Shown here: piece after piece, positions 7,772 to 15,697 of the stretch
How the letters are laid out: each line of letters begins with the position of its first letter
Position numbering within the stretch: position 1 is the first letter of the stretch
Source: Dubosiella newyorkensis
GTDB taxonomy: Bacteria > Bacillota_I > Bacilli_A > Erysipelotrichales > Erysipelotrichaceae
DNA length: 32,000 bases
Assembly: GCF_001945605.1 (NCBI RefSeq)
Contig: NZ_MPKA01000021.1
Span: forward strand, 1 to 32,000
Direction: 5' to 3'
The notes under the pieces: model-generated
What the model was told of the DNA's origin: nothing
Seen by the model: the letters and a program-made list of their open reading frames with translations, nothing else
Database searches by the model: none
Made by a program: the position numbers and the translations under genes

Positions 7772-9004
7772 ATGACAAATATGCGATTTGAAACGAATAT
7801 ACCTCAAAAAGAATACGATCGATTCGTCCAAGAGCAGCCTTACAACCATCTGCTGCAAAGCTACAACTGGGCAAAGATCAAAAACAACTGGGACTCTATG
7901 ACACTTGGACTTTACGACGATAACGACCAGTTAACAGCCACAAGTCTTGTCTTGAGCAAAACATTGCCATTCGGTTTTAAAACATGGTATATCCCTCGCG
8001 GACCAATCCTTGATTGGGAAAATCCAAACCAAGTCAAAACATTTTTTGACCATCTAAAAAAACTCGCCAAACAAAACAATGTGATCTTTATCAAATTCGA
8101 TCCTGCCTACCCGATCCAATCGTTCAAAACGAAAGATCGGCCTGAAGGAATCAGTGAAAAAGGAAAAAAAGTTGTTTCGCTCCTCGAATCCATCGGCGCA
8201 GAACATAAAGGATATACCTTAATGCTTGAAGACACCGTGCAGCCGCGCTTCGAATCCGTCGCGTTCTTCGAACCCGACATCAAAAAAGTGGAAAGTACGA
8301 TGCCACGCCATACAAAAAAACTGATCAAAGTCGCCAATAAACATGGCGTAAGCATCGAAGAAGGTCATGAAGAATTGTTAGACACCTTCGCCAACCTCGT
8401 ACAATTCACCGAAGCAAGAAAAGGAATCTCGCTTCGGGATAAAGAGTATTTCAAACGACTGCTCGAAATCTATGGAAACGATGCGATCATCCATATCGCC
8501 TACTGCAATTTAGAAGAATTGATGCAAGAGACAAAAACCGATCTTGCCGGAGTGATGCACGATCTAGAAACGTGCCCCGAAAACGCGAAGAAAAAACGCA
8601 ATTCCCTCTTAGAACGCCAAGTCTCTCTCGAAAACAAATTAAAATCATTCGAACAAATGATCCAAGATGGACTTCCAAAAGAAAAGACCCCGATCGCCGG
8701 AATGCTTTCCGTAAAGTATGGCCCCTATATGGAAATGTTGTATGCAGGAATGGATGAGCGCTTCAAACAATTCATGGCCCAATACAAAAACTACGTCGAG
8801 ATCTTTCAATGGGGATTGGAACATGGCTGCAAAAAAGTCAGCATGGGCGGGATCGAAGGCGACCTAAACGATGGCCTCACCCAATTTAAAGATAACTTCG
8901 ACCCGATGATCGAAGAATACGCTGGCGAATTCGACTTACCGATCAAAAAAATCGTATACTCGCTCGTGATGCCGATCTATCGTAAAAAAACCAGTAAAAA
9001 ATAA
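7772..9004 (+). CDS. FemAB-family peptidoglycan interpeptide-bridge aminoacyltransferase (FemX/MurM-like).
   Basis: The N-terminal motif EYDRFVQEQPYNHLLQSYNWAKIKNNW...WYIPRGPILDW, a central coiled-coil insert and a length of about 410 aa all fit the family. The ATG at 7781 has better spacing from AAAGGAA and may be the real start. Confidence 0.8.
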   Translation: MTNMRFETNIPQKEYDRFVQEQPYNHLLQSYNWAKIKNNWDSMTLGLYDDNDQLTATSLVLSKTLPFGFKTWYIPRGPILDWENPNQVKTFFDHLKKLAKQNNVIFIKFDPAYPIQSFKTKDRPEGISEKGKKVVSLLESIGAEHKGYTLMLEDTVQPRFESVAFFEPDIKKVESTMPRHTKKLIKVANKHGVSIEEGHEELLDTFANLVQFTEARKGISLRDKEYFKRLLEIYGNDAIIHIAYCNLEELMQETKTDLAGVMHDLETCPENAKKKRNSLLERQVSLENKLKSFEQMIQDGLPKEKTPIAGMLSVKYGPYMEMLYAGMDERFKQFMAQYKNYVEIFQWGLEHGCKKVSMGGIEGDLNDGLTQFKDNFDPMIEEYAGEFDLPIKKIVYSLVMPIYRKKTSKK

Positions 9005-9010
9005 CGATGA

Positions 9011-9041
9011 AAAAAGCTCTCTTTCCTTTAGAGAGCTTTTT
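9011..9041. terminator. Bidirectional intrinsic terminator shared by the FemAB-family gene and cstA.
   Basis: AAAAAGCTCTC tttccttta GAGAGCTTTTT forms a perfect 11-bp stem flanked by an A-run and a T-run. Confidence 0.8.
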
Positions 9042-9057
9042 AAATCCAAATCTATTC

Positions 9058-10785
9058 TTAATCCGCTAAAGCATCGATCTCTTCTTCGAAACTATTCATC
9101 GGTCCAGTTTGAAGATCGACCTTCTCTTTTCCTGCCAATGCACGCAGCCCTTGGATAGCCACGATGATTCCAAGAGCCAGCAGCAAGATGGCAAAGACAA
9201 GCTGTAAACCAAGACCCAATGTGAGCGTTCCCGCAAACAAATTGCCCGTTAACCCAAAGATCGTCATCGATAAAGCGGTGAACGTAACCGCCATCATGAA
9301 AAGCATTGGAATATAAAGCATCTTGGATCTGCGTTTTGTCTTTTTCAAGAACACCGCGCAAGCCACCAAAGCAAGCACCGACAAAAGCTGATTAGCCGAA
9401 CCAAACAATGGCCAGATCTGCGCATAGCCGATCCGCGCAAGAATGATCGCCAAAACTAGAGTGAGTCCAGTCGAAAAATAAGTATTGGTCATCAACTTTT
9501 TAAAAGGCGATAGTTCCTCTAAATTCGTGTCTTCATCCAAGAATAGTTCCTGCAAAGACAACCGGCCAATTCGAGCCACCGAATCCAAAGAAGTCAGGGC
9601 GAAAGCGCTGACGGCCAAATTGATCAAAGTAAATGTCAGATCCCAAGGAAGTCCAATCGATACGAGAAAGTTGGCGATCGCGCCTGCAAAAATCTGCGGC
9701 TGCGTGACAAGACCCATACTCGCCGCCTCACCACTTGCAAAACTAGCTACACAAATCAAAGCGATCACCGCGAGCATGCTTTCCATGATCATGGCTCCAT
9801 AAGATACTGGAAGCATGTCCTTTTCGTTTTTGATTTGTTTGGAAGCCGTTCCCGAAGAGACAAGTGAATGGAATCCGCTGACTGCTCCACATGCGATCGT
9901 GACAAACAAGATCGGAAAAAGCATTTGTCCATCTACATCAAAGCCCGAAAAAGCCGCCAAGTTGATCGAAGGATTCGAAACGAAAACACCAATGACAGCC
10001 CCAACGATCATAAAGATCAACAAATATGAATTCAAATAATCTCTAGGCTGTAAAAGCGCCCAAACAGGAACGACACAGGCGATAAAAATATAAATAAAAA
10101 TAATATAATGCCATGTTGTCTGGGTGAGATAAATAGGATAATGCATTCCTAGCCACACCGCCGCGATCAACATCAAAACAGCCAAAGCGGTGTTGATCCA
10201 CTTATTCAAATGCGCATAACGCAAGATCATCCCTAAACCAACTGCTTCAACGATAAAAATCATCGAAGTCATCGCTACAGCTCCATTCGCTTGGATCGTC
10301 GCCCCCATATCACTATAGCCATTGAATGTTCCTGCCACGATATCGGCAAAAGCTGCCACTACTAAAATACAAAACAACCAGCAAAACAGCAAAAACAACT
10401 TTTTACCCGTCTTGCCAATATACATTTCAATGATCGTGCCGATCCCTTTCCCTTTTGATTTGACAGAAGCGTACATGCTGGCAAAATCTTGCACCGCACC
10501 AAAGAACACGCCGCCAAAAAGGATCCACAATAAAACTGGCACCCAGCCAAAAATCGCAGCTTGGATCGGACCATTAATCGGTCCTGCTCCAGCGATCGAG
10601 GCAAATTGATGACCAAATACAACATTCGTATCCGCTGGCACATAATCAACACCATCTTCTTGCGTATACGCAGGAGTAGGCTCTTTAGGATCGATCCCCC
10701 ACGTCTTAGCAAGCCATTTTCCATAAAATACATAACCGGCGCCAAGAAATAGGATGGCGATCACCATCATCGTTATTCCATTCAT
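9058..10785 (-). CDS. cstA: Carbon starvation protein A (CstA family peptide/pyruvate transporter), 575 aa.
   Basis: The N-terminus carries the characteristic GKWLAKTWGIDPKEPTPA...DGVDYVP...VVFGHQFASIAGAGPINGPIQAA, and the protein is polytopic. The start at 10785 follows AAAGGAAA. Confidence 0.9.
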   Translation of the reverse strand: MNGITMMVIAILFLGAGYVFYGKWLAKTWGIDPKEPTPAYTQEDGVDYVPADTNVVFGHQFASIAGAGPINGPIQAAIFGWVPVLLWILFGGVFFGAVQDFASMYASVKSKGKGIGTIIEMYIGKTGKKLFLLFCWLFCILVVAAFADIVAGTFNGYSDMGATIQANGAVAMTSMIFIVEAVGLGMILRYAHLNKWINTALAVLMLIAAVWLGMHYPIYLTQTTWHYIIFIYIFIACVVPVWALLQPRDYLNSYLLIFMIVGAVIGVFVSNPSINLAAFSGFDVDGQMLFPILFVTIACGAVSGFHSLVSSGTASKQIKNEKDMLPVSYGAMIMESMLAVIALICVASFASGEAASMGLVTQPQIFAGAIANFLVSIGLPWDLTFTLINLAVSAFALTSLDSVARIGRLSLQELFLDEDTNLEELSPFKKLMTNTYFSTGLTLVLAIILARIGYAQIWPLFGSANQLLSVLALVACAVFLKKTKRRSKMLYIPMLFMMAVTFTALSMTIFGLTGNLFAGTLTLGLGLQLVFAILLLALGIIVAIQGLRALAGKEKVDLQTGPMNSFEEEIDALAD

Positions 10786-10834
10786 TTCGATTTTCCTTTC
10801 CTTTAACAGAAACAATAAAAAAGAATCTATTCCC

Positions 10835-10863
10835 ATTATTATCCCATAAAGAAAAAATGTAAA
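10835..10863 (-). promoter_or_regulatory. Putative cstA promoter: -35 TTTACA, 17-nt spacer, -10 AATAAT.
   Basis: On the minus strand the region reads TTTACA ttttttctttatgggat AATAAT. The surrounding sequence is AT-rich, so specificity is limited. Confidence 0.35.
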
Positions 10864-10926
10864 ATATTTTCTGTAAATTTTGTTTAATATTTTCTTAATA
10901 TTCCATTTTTATGAAAAATATTTCAT

Positions 10927-10966
10927 CAAAAAAAAAAGAAATAGCTGAATATTCAACAATTTCTTT
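10927..10966 (-). terminator. Putative intrinsic terminator of the asnS/HesB-like/NYN operon.
   Basis: On the minus strand AAAGAAAT...(16-nt loop containing TGAATATTCA)...ATTTCTTT is followed by a run of 8 T. The stem covers the last codons and the stop of the NYN gene. Confidence 0.45.
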
Positions 10967-11648
10967 CTTTATTTTTAATATATTCTTTTAATCGGTTAGA
11001 GACTATAGCAAGCTCTTTATTGGGCGAGATCGCTTTGAGTGCGAAACTGCTTACATATGGGATCCAAACTTTTTGATATGGATCGTATTCGATCCATGCA
11101 TTGTTGGCCCCTCGATAGGCGATCGGGTCGATCCGTATCTCATTCCGCTTTTTCTTTCCTAATCGATTCCGATATTCATTATAGTTCTTGCACTTTCGAA
11201 AAAGATCTTGATCGATCCAAGGCTTGAAGACTTCTTCCTTTGCTGGTTCAGGCAAAGCCAATCGCACTTTTTGTTTACCCAAAAACTCTTTAAGATCTTT
11301 CTCTTCCCGTCTGATCTTCACACCATATTCTTGAGACAAAAGCTCGATCGGGCGATCATAGCCTTTATCTTTAGAAAGAATGACATATTGCCTTTTCTTT
11401 TTATATTTTGCGCAGCAGATCGAAAGCTGTGCTAAAAGCACAAGATCCATCTCGTTTTTAACGTTCGAAGAATTCGTGCTTAGATCTACCAATCGAACTC
11501 GTTCATTCATACAAGCCGGATAGATCTTTGGCAAAATGTTGCGGTTGTGCAAATAAAAATAAATCGTATACCTCTTCTTGATTGTCTCTGGAATTTGAAT
11601 TCCGATATTTTCTGTATCGACAAACAAGATCTTTTTTTTCTTTTTCAT
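10953..11648 (-). CDS. NYN (LabA/PIN-like) domain protein with an uncharacterised basic C-terminal domain of about 100 aa (231 aa total).
   Basis: KILFVDTENIG, NEMDLVLLAQL and YVILSKDKGYDRPIELLSQEYGVKI match the three acidic/SxD motifs of NYN domains. The start at 11648 forms an ATGA overlap with the upstream stop. Confidence 0.55.
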   Translation of the reverse strand: MKKKKKILFVDTENIGIQIPETIKKRYTIYFYLHNRNILPKIYPACMNERVRLVDLSTNSSNVKNEMDLVLLAQLSICCAKYKKKRQYVILSKDKGYDRPIELLSQEYGVKIRREEKDLKEFLGKQKVRLALPEPAKEEVFKPWIDQDLFRKCKNYNEYRNRLGKKKRNEIRIDPIAYRGANNAWIEYDPYQKVWIPYVSSFALKAISPNKELAIVSNRLKEYIKNKERNC

Positions 11649-11947
11649 TCGTGACAGTGCGAACAGACTTCTTCGTGGCAATTACAGCTATGATTCAAAT
11701 TCTCGACCACAAGATCCCCATTGAGAACATCGATCTTCACACCTTCTGCCAACTCTTTTCCCTCTGCAGGAATCAGTACTTGAATTCCATTGATCGTTGT
11801 GACGACATCATTATCATCAAAAACCGCCAAAGAAAACATCGGTGATGCCCCACAACAAGAGGTTGCGATCTGCATCATCAAACCTTCCGCCTTGTTCTCC
11901 TTCAATAAAGCTTCTAACTGCGCTTTAGCCGCATCTGTAATATTCAT
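11645..11947 (-). CDS. HesB/IscA-like (Fe-S biogenesis fold) small protein with an SCCG motif and a Cys/His-rich tail (100 aa).
   Basis: MNITDAAKAQLEALLKENKAEGLMMQIATSCCGASPMFSLAV...INGIQVLI resembles the HesB-like CC-motif family. The C-terminus is CNCHEEVCSHCHE. A GGAGG site overlaps the asnS stop. Confidence 0.55.
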   Translation of the reverse strand: MNITDAAKAQLEALLKENKAEGLMMQIATSCCGASPMFSLAVFDDNDVVTTINGIQVLIPAEGKELAEGVKIDVLNGDLVVENLNHSCNCHEEVCSHCHE

Positions 11948-11961
11948 TTGGATATACCTCC

Positions 11962-13317
11962 TTAAAAAATTAGATTCCGTGGTGTTCTAGGATATGGCTG
12001 AACATCGCGAATATTTTGAACTCCGGACAAGTACATGAGCATGCGATCAAAACCAAGCCCAAATCCTGAATGCTTGCATCCGCCAAATCGACGCAGATCC
12101 AAGTACCACTGCAAGCCCTCAAGCTCCATTCCCATTTCCTGCATACGAGAAACGAGAAGATCGTAACGCTCCTCGCGTTGGCTGCCTCCAACAAGCTCTC
12201 CAACATATGGAACAAGAAGATCGCATGCAGCGACCGTTTTGCCATCATCATTTAAACGCATATAAAACGCCTTGATCTCTTTCGGGTAATCTGTCAAGAA
12301 TACAGGTCCTTTCACGACTTGTTCGCACAAGTAACGCTCATGCTCCGATTGAAGATCCATGCCCCAGAAAATGTCTTGGTTTTCAAATTGATCTTTTGCC
12401 GCTTTTAAATGCTCGATCGCTTCAGTATAGCTCATCCGCTCGAATTTTGAATCCGCCACTTTCTTCACACGAGTGATGCAGTCGTGATCGATCATCTTTT
12501 CAAAGAACGCCATTTCTTCGCTCGCGTTTTCTAAAACATATCGGATACAGTATTTGATCATATCTTCGATCACATCCATATCATCGCTCAGATCCGCAAA
12601 CGCCATTTCCGGCTCGATCATCCAGAATTCGCTCGCATGACGCGTCGTATTGGAGTTTTCCGCTCTAAAAGTAGGACCAAATGTATAGACGTTGCGATAC
12701 GTCAAAGCGAAAGGTTCTACATGAAGCTGTCCGGAAACTGTCAACTGCGCATGTTTCTGAAAAAAATCTTCTTCGTATTTGCCATCGCAGCGCGTCGTGA
12801 CCGTAAACACTTCTCCAGCGCCTTCCGCGTCGTTGCCTGTGATCTCTGGCGTATGGACATAAACAAAACCTCGATCTTGGAAGAAGCGATGGATCGCCAT
12901 GCTCAAGACAGAACGAAGACGGAACATCGCATAATACGTGTTCGCACGCGGACGAACATGCGGAATTTCACGCATATATTCGAAACTATGCCGCTTTTTC
13001 TGCAACGGATAATCATGATCCGAAGCCCCTAAGACATCGATCGAAGAAGCCTGGATCTCAAAAGGCTGTTTTCCTTCTGGAGTGACTTTAACGATCCCTT
13101 TGACTTCGATCGCGCTTCCTAGAGTAATCTTGGAGACTTCCTTATAGTTGTCTAGATCGTCCAAATATACGATCTGCACATTGGAAAATGTCGTACCATC
13201 GTTCAATTCAATAAAACCAAGCTTTTTTGAATTCCGGTTCGTTCTCACCCATCCTTGTAGCATGATCTCTTTTCCATCGAGCTCTTCAAATCGTTCTTTC
13301 AATTTCTTTACTAACAT
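11962..13317 (-). CDS. asnS: Asparagine--tRNA ligase (class IIb), 451 aa.
   Basis: Diagnostic motifs are GWVRTNRNSKKLGFIELNDGT, FRAENSNTTRHASEFWMIEPEMAF and GGSQREER. An Asn T-box lies upstream. Confidence 0.92.
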   Translation of the reverse strand: MLVKKLKERFEELDGKEIMLQGWVRTNRNSKKLGFIELNDGTTFSNVQIVYLDDLDNYKEVSKITLGSAIEVKGIVKVTPEGKQPFEIQASSIDVLGASDHDYPLQKKRHSFEYMREIPHVRPRANTYYAMFRLRSVLSMAIHRFFQDRGFVYVHTPEITGNDAEGAGEVFTVTTRCDGKYEEDFFQKHAQLTVSGQLHVEPFALTYRNVYTFGPTFRAENSNTTRHASEFWMIEPEMAFADLSDDMDVIEDMIKYCIRYVLENASEEMAFFEKMIDHDCITRVKKVADSKFERMSYTEAIEHLKAAKDQFENQDIFWGMDLQSEHERYLCEQVVKGPVFLTDYPKEIKAFYMRLNDDGKTVAACDLLVPYVGELVGGSQREERYDLLVSRMQEMGMELEGLQWYLDLRRFGGCKHSGFGLGFDRMLMYLSGVQNIRDVQPYPRTPRNLIF

Positions 13318-13329
13318 ATCAACAACCTC

Positions 13330-13591
13330 TTCCTTTCCAAAAAAAAACCGTTCCTTCTTTGAGGAACGATCGAAACCGCGGTACCATCCTTATTTATACT
13401 AAGTATACGCTCTAGACTTAACGCGCCCAACGAGTCTGTCTACTAGCTTTCTCCAGACCAACTCCGCAGCTGTTCATTCTCTTTGCTTCGTATATGCTTC
13501 CACCAAACGCATACTCTCTTGAAAACCCGCAAAGCCTTCTACTGTTTCTATGTTTTTGAATCCATTGAATTTGTCTGAAAGACAAGTTCTT
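13330..13591 (-). promoter_or_regulatory. T-box riboswitch leader with Asn specifier AAC, controlling asnS.
   Basis: On the minus strand I see AGAGAG (13519-13514), the distal-loop motif GGTGGAA (13504-13498), and a specifier loop GAATGAACAG with AAC at 13474-13472. The T-box sequence AAGGATGGTACCGCGG lies at 13391-13376. The terminator CGTTCCTcaaagaAGGAACG plus T9 lies at 13368-13339. Confidence 0.88.
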
Positions 13592-14177
13592 GAATAGATG
13601 ATACCACATCGATAAACTTGATATCAACCCCTTTGGGGGCTTTGAAATGCTGATGGGTAAAGTCTACGATTCCCTGGATCCCGCACGCTACTAATCGATC
13701 CACCGTTTGCTGTACATCGTTCGAGATCGTCAAGATCGCGATACGACAGCCTTTTGGGATCTTTTCTTCCAATTCGCTCATTGGATAGACGTCCACACCA
13801 AACTGCTCTTTGCATTTTTCAGGATCAATATCAAAAGCGCATGCGATCTCGCCGACCACATGATCCCATTTATTATAATTCAAAAGCGCTTTCCCTAAGT
13901 TTCCGGCACCGACCAAAATGATCTTTTCATCAAAGTCGACACCCAGCTGTAAATTAAAGATCTCGATCAGTTTATTGACATCATAGCCATAGCCTTGCTT
14001 GCCTAAGTTGCCAAGAAACGAAAAGTCTCTTCGGATCGTCGTCGGCTCGATATCGACAAGAGCCGCCAGTTCCTTGGACATGATCTTTTCCACTCCGTTT
14101 TTTTGAAGTCGTCTAAGCGCTTTCAAATAGATCGGATAGCGATGTAATGTTGCTTTTGGTACGTTTATTTTTCGCAT
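13548..14177 (-). CDS. rex: Redox-sensing transcriptional repressor Rex (209 aa).
   Basis: Diagnostic motifs are ATLHRYPIYLKALRRL, SKELAALVDIEPTTIRRDFSFLG..GKQGYGYDV and the Rossmann motif ILVGAGNLGKAL. I chose the start at 14177 (GGGTGA RBS). The GTG at 14186 would sit at the predicted transcription start. Confidence 0.9.
   Translation of the reverse strand: MRKINVPKATLHRYPIYLKALRRLQKNGVEKIMSKELAALVDIEPTTIRRDFSFLGNLGKQGYGYDVNKLIEIFNLQLGVDFDEKIILVGAGNLGKALLNYNKWDHVVGEIACAFDIDPEKCKEQFGVDVYPMSELEEKIPKGCRIAILTISNDVQQTVDRLVACGIQGIVDFTHQHFKAPKGVDIKFIDVVSSIQELVFQTNSMDSKT
13598..13627 (-). promoter_or_regulatory. Putative promoter of the T-box/asnS transcript, embedded in the 3' end of rex: -35 TTGATA, 18-nt spacer, extended -10 TGgTATCAT.
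   Basis: On the minus strand the region reads TTGATA tcaagtttatcgatgTGg TATCAT. The rex stop at 13548 leaves no intergenic room for a promoter. Confidence 0.5.
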
Positions 14178-14193
14178 AGAAATCACCCATATT

Positions 14194-14222
14194 ATTGTAT
14201 CAGATTTTGATGAATTTGTGAA
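14194..14222 (-). promoter_or_regulatory. Putative rex promoter: -35 TTCACA, 17-nt spacer, extended -10 TGaTACAAT.
   Basis: On the minus strand the region reads TTCACA aattcatcaaaatcTGa TACAAT. It lies within the last codons of the upstream ORF. Confidence 0.55.
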
Positions 14223-14841
14223 ATAAATTAGAAACTGAACTATTTTTGCGACTCACTTCGAATTCATCCATCGCTTGATCCAAAGCCGAACGATTTTTCT
14301 CGATTTCCTCTAGGATCTTTTCATCCAATAAGGAAAAAACCATATAAACCAAGAAAAAGAGCCAGATCAATACGCTAAATAAAAACGCGAACAAAAAAGG
14401 AATATGAAAAACAAAGACCAAAAGCGAAAGCATGACAATATAAATAGAGGTCGATACATACAAAAACGGCTTCATGAGCATCTCTTTTCTTTTGCTTAAA
14501 TAATCTTTGCGTTCCGATAAAAAGATCGCCACGCCATAGTCGATCCGGTTTTGAAAATCAACCCCCTTGAACAAGGTCCGCTTGTATTTTTTTCGTTTCG
14601 CCTCGACGAGCATCTGCATCTTGATCATCGTATATTCATAGGCGTCGCGATCCTCTTCTTCCGCGTATTTGATCGCGAACATTTCCAAAAGCTTTAAATA
14701 ATCGTTGATCGTGATTATTTCTTCATAGATCATCGAGCGCGTCAGCTCATCAAGCAGATTGTATTTATCCGACATCATGCTGAGCTGATGCTTGCTTTTT
14801 TCCTCGATCCGATAGAGAGCGTTTAAATACTTGTCTTCCAT
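14200..14841 (-). CDS. Uncharacterised membrane protein (213 aa): cytoplasmic helical N-domain, two or three TM helices, C-terminal amphipathic tail.
   Basis: The ORF has AAAGGGAAA upstream. The hydrophobic block is FLYVSTSIYIVMLSLLVFVFHIPFLFAFLFSVLIWLFFLVYMVFSLL. It overlaps the end of the Gx gene by 19 nt. I recognise no family. Confidence 0.6.
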   Translation of the reverse strand: MEDKYLNALYRIEEKSKHQLSMMSDKYNLLDELTRSMIYEEIITINDYLKLLEMFAIKYAEEEDRDAYEYTMIKMQMLVEAKRKKYKRTLFKGVDFQNRIDYGVAIFLSERKDYLSKRKEMLMKPFLYVSTSIYIVMLSLLVFVFHIPFLFAFLFSVLIWLFFLVYMVFSLLDEKILEEIEKNRSALDQAMDEFEVSRKNSSVSNLFHKFIKI

Positions 14842-15341
14842 AGTCCCAATTTCCCTTTCATCCTAAGCAAGATCTGTCGTGTCAGCAAAGCGATGCATAA
14901 ACCAGATACGATCGATAACGCCAAAAGGATCGGCAAGAACAGCTGCATAAAATATTGTTGATAAATATAGGTGATCGCCAACACTTGTCCGACATTATGA
15001 AAGCAGGCGCCCAAGATGCTCACCCCATAGATCGAAAAGATCTTCGAACGATACGCCAAGATCATCGCGAACATCGAAAGAAGACCTCCCGATACCGACA
15101 AAAGAAAGGCGATCGAAAAAAGAGTCCCCTGCAACAACGACGCAAGAAAGATCCTCCCAGTCGTTACGATCACCATATCTTTCGGACTATACGCGTATAA
15201 GGCAAACAAGGATACGATATTGGCGATCCCGATCTTATAACCTGGAACGACCATGACGATCGGGAAAAAGCTTTCGATCAATTGAAACACGATCCCTAGC
15301 GCGATCAAAAATGCAAGAATGACGCCTTTTTTCGTATTCAT
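14823..15341 (-). CDS. Gx transporter family protein (heptaprenyl diphosphate synthase component I-like membrane protein), 172 aa.
   Basis: The sequence ALGIVFQLIESFFP...PGYKIGIANIVSLFALY fits the family, and it is paired in the usual way with an upstream NusG-domain-II gene through an ATGA overlap. Confidence 0.65.
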   Translation of the reverse strand: MNTKKGVILAFLIALGIVFQLIESFFPIVMVVPGYKIGIANIVSLFALYAYSPKDMVIVTTGRIFLASLLQGTLFSIAFLLSVSGGLLSMFAMILAYRSKIFSIYGVSILGACFHNVGQVLAITYIYQQYFMQLFLPILLALSIVSGLCIALLTRQILLRMKGKLGLWKTSI

Positions 15342-15697
15342 TGAATCTGCACATCCTCTCCGTCTTCTTGCCCTTCGATACGAACAACAGTTTCATTGGG
15401 CAAACAGACGATCGGTGTATTGACAGAATCGACAAATCCTTGCTTCGAACAATAATGATGGGGCGAGTTTTCTTGTTTTACTCGCACCGCTCCATCTTTG
15501 ACTTCAATGCTCACTTTGCCTAACGTTCCATCGACCGCGTAATTGGCGTTTTCTAAAAGCGAAAAGCGAAGCACTTCTTTATTTTTGACTTGAACGACGG
15601 CTTCCTTGCTCACAGGCGCGTTTTGCATGATCGGAATGATCAAGACAAGACATGCGATCATGATCGAGACGATCAATATTTTGTCCGCCTTTCTCAT
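15338..15697 (-). CDS. NusG domain II-containing (DUF1312) membrane-anchored protein (119 aa).
   Basis: It has an N-terminal TM helix, then the motifs VSIEVKDGAVRV, HHYC..QG and PIVCLPN. The start at 15697 makes an ATGA overlap with the ZIP stop. Confidence 0.6.
   Translation of the reverse strand: MRKADKILIVSIMIACLVLIIPIMQNAPVSKEAVVQVKNKEVLRFSLLENANYAVDGTLGKVSIEVKDGAVRVKQENSPHHYCSKQGFVDSVNTPIVCLPNETVVRIEGQEDGEDVQIQ

Noticed and set aside
7670-7858. N-terminal extensions of track ORFs (7670-7858, plus 3407-3454, 10786-10836, 11649-11681, 15698-15748, 22334-22345 and 27251-27325)
   Set aside because: The extensions run through promoters or upstream genes. Downstream ATGs have proper Shine-Dalgarno spacing or ATGA coupling, and they give N-termini typical of the families.
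10912-10925. TGAAAAATATTTCA as a cre site upstream of cstA
   Set aside because: It has the TGAAA/TTTCA arms but lacks the invariant central CG of cre. The context is AT-rich, so chance is likely.
13418-13627. 69-aa track ORF on the minus strand
   Set aside because: It lies across the T-box leader and the rex 3' end. The conserved RNA motifs explain the sequence better.
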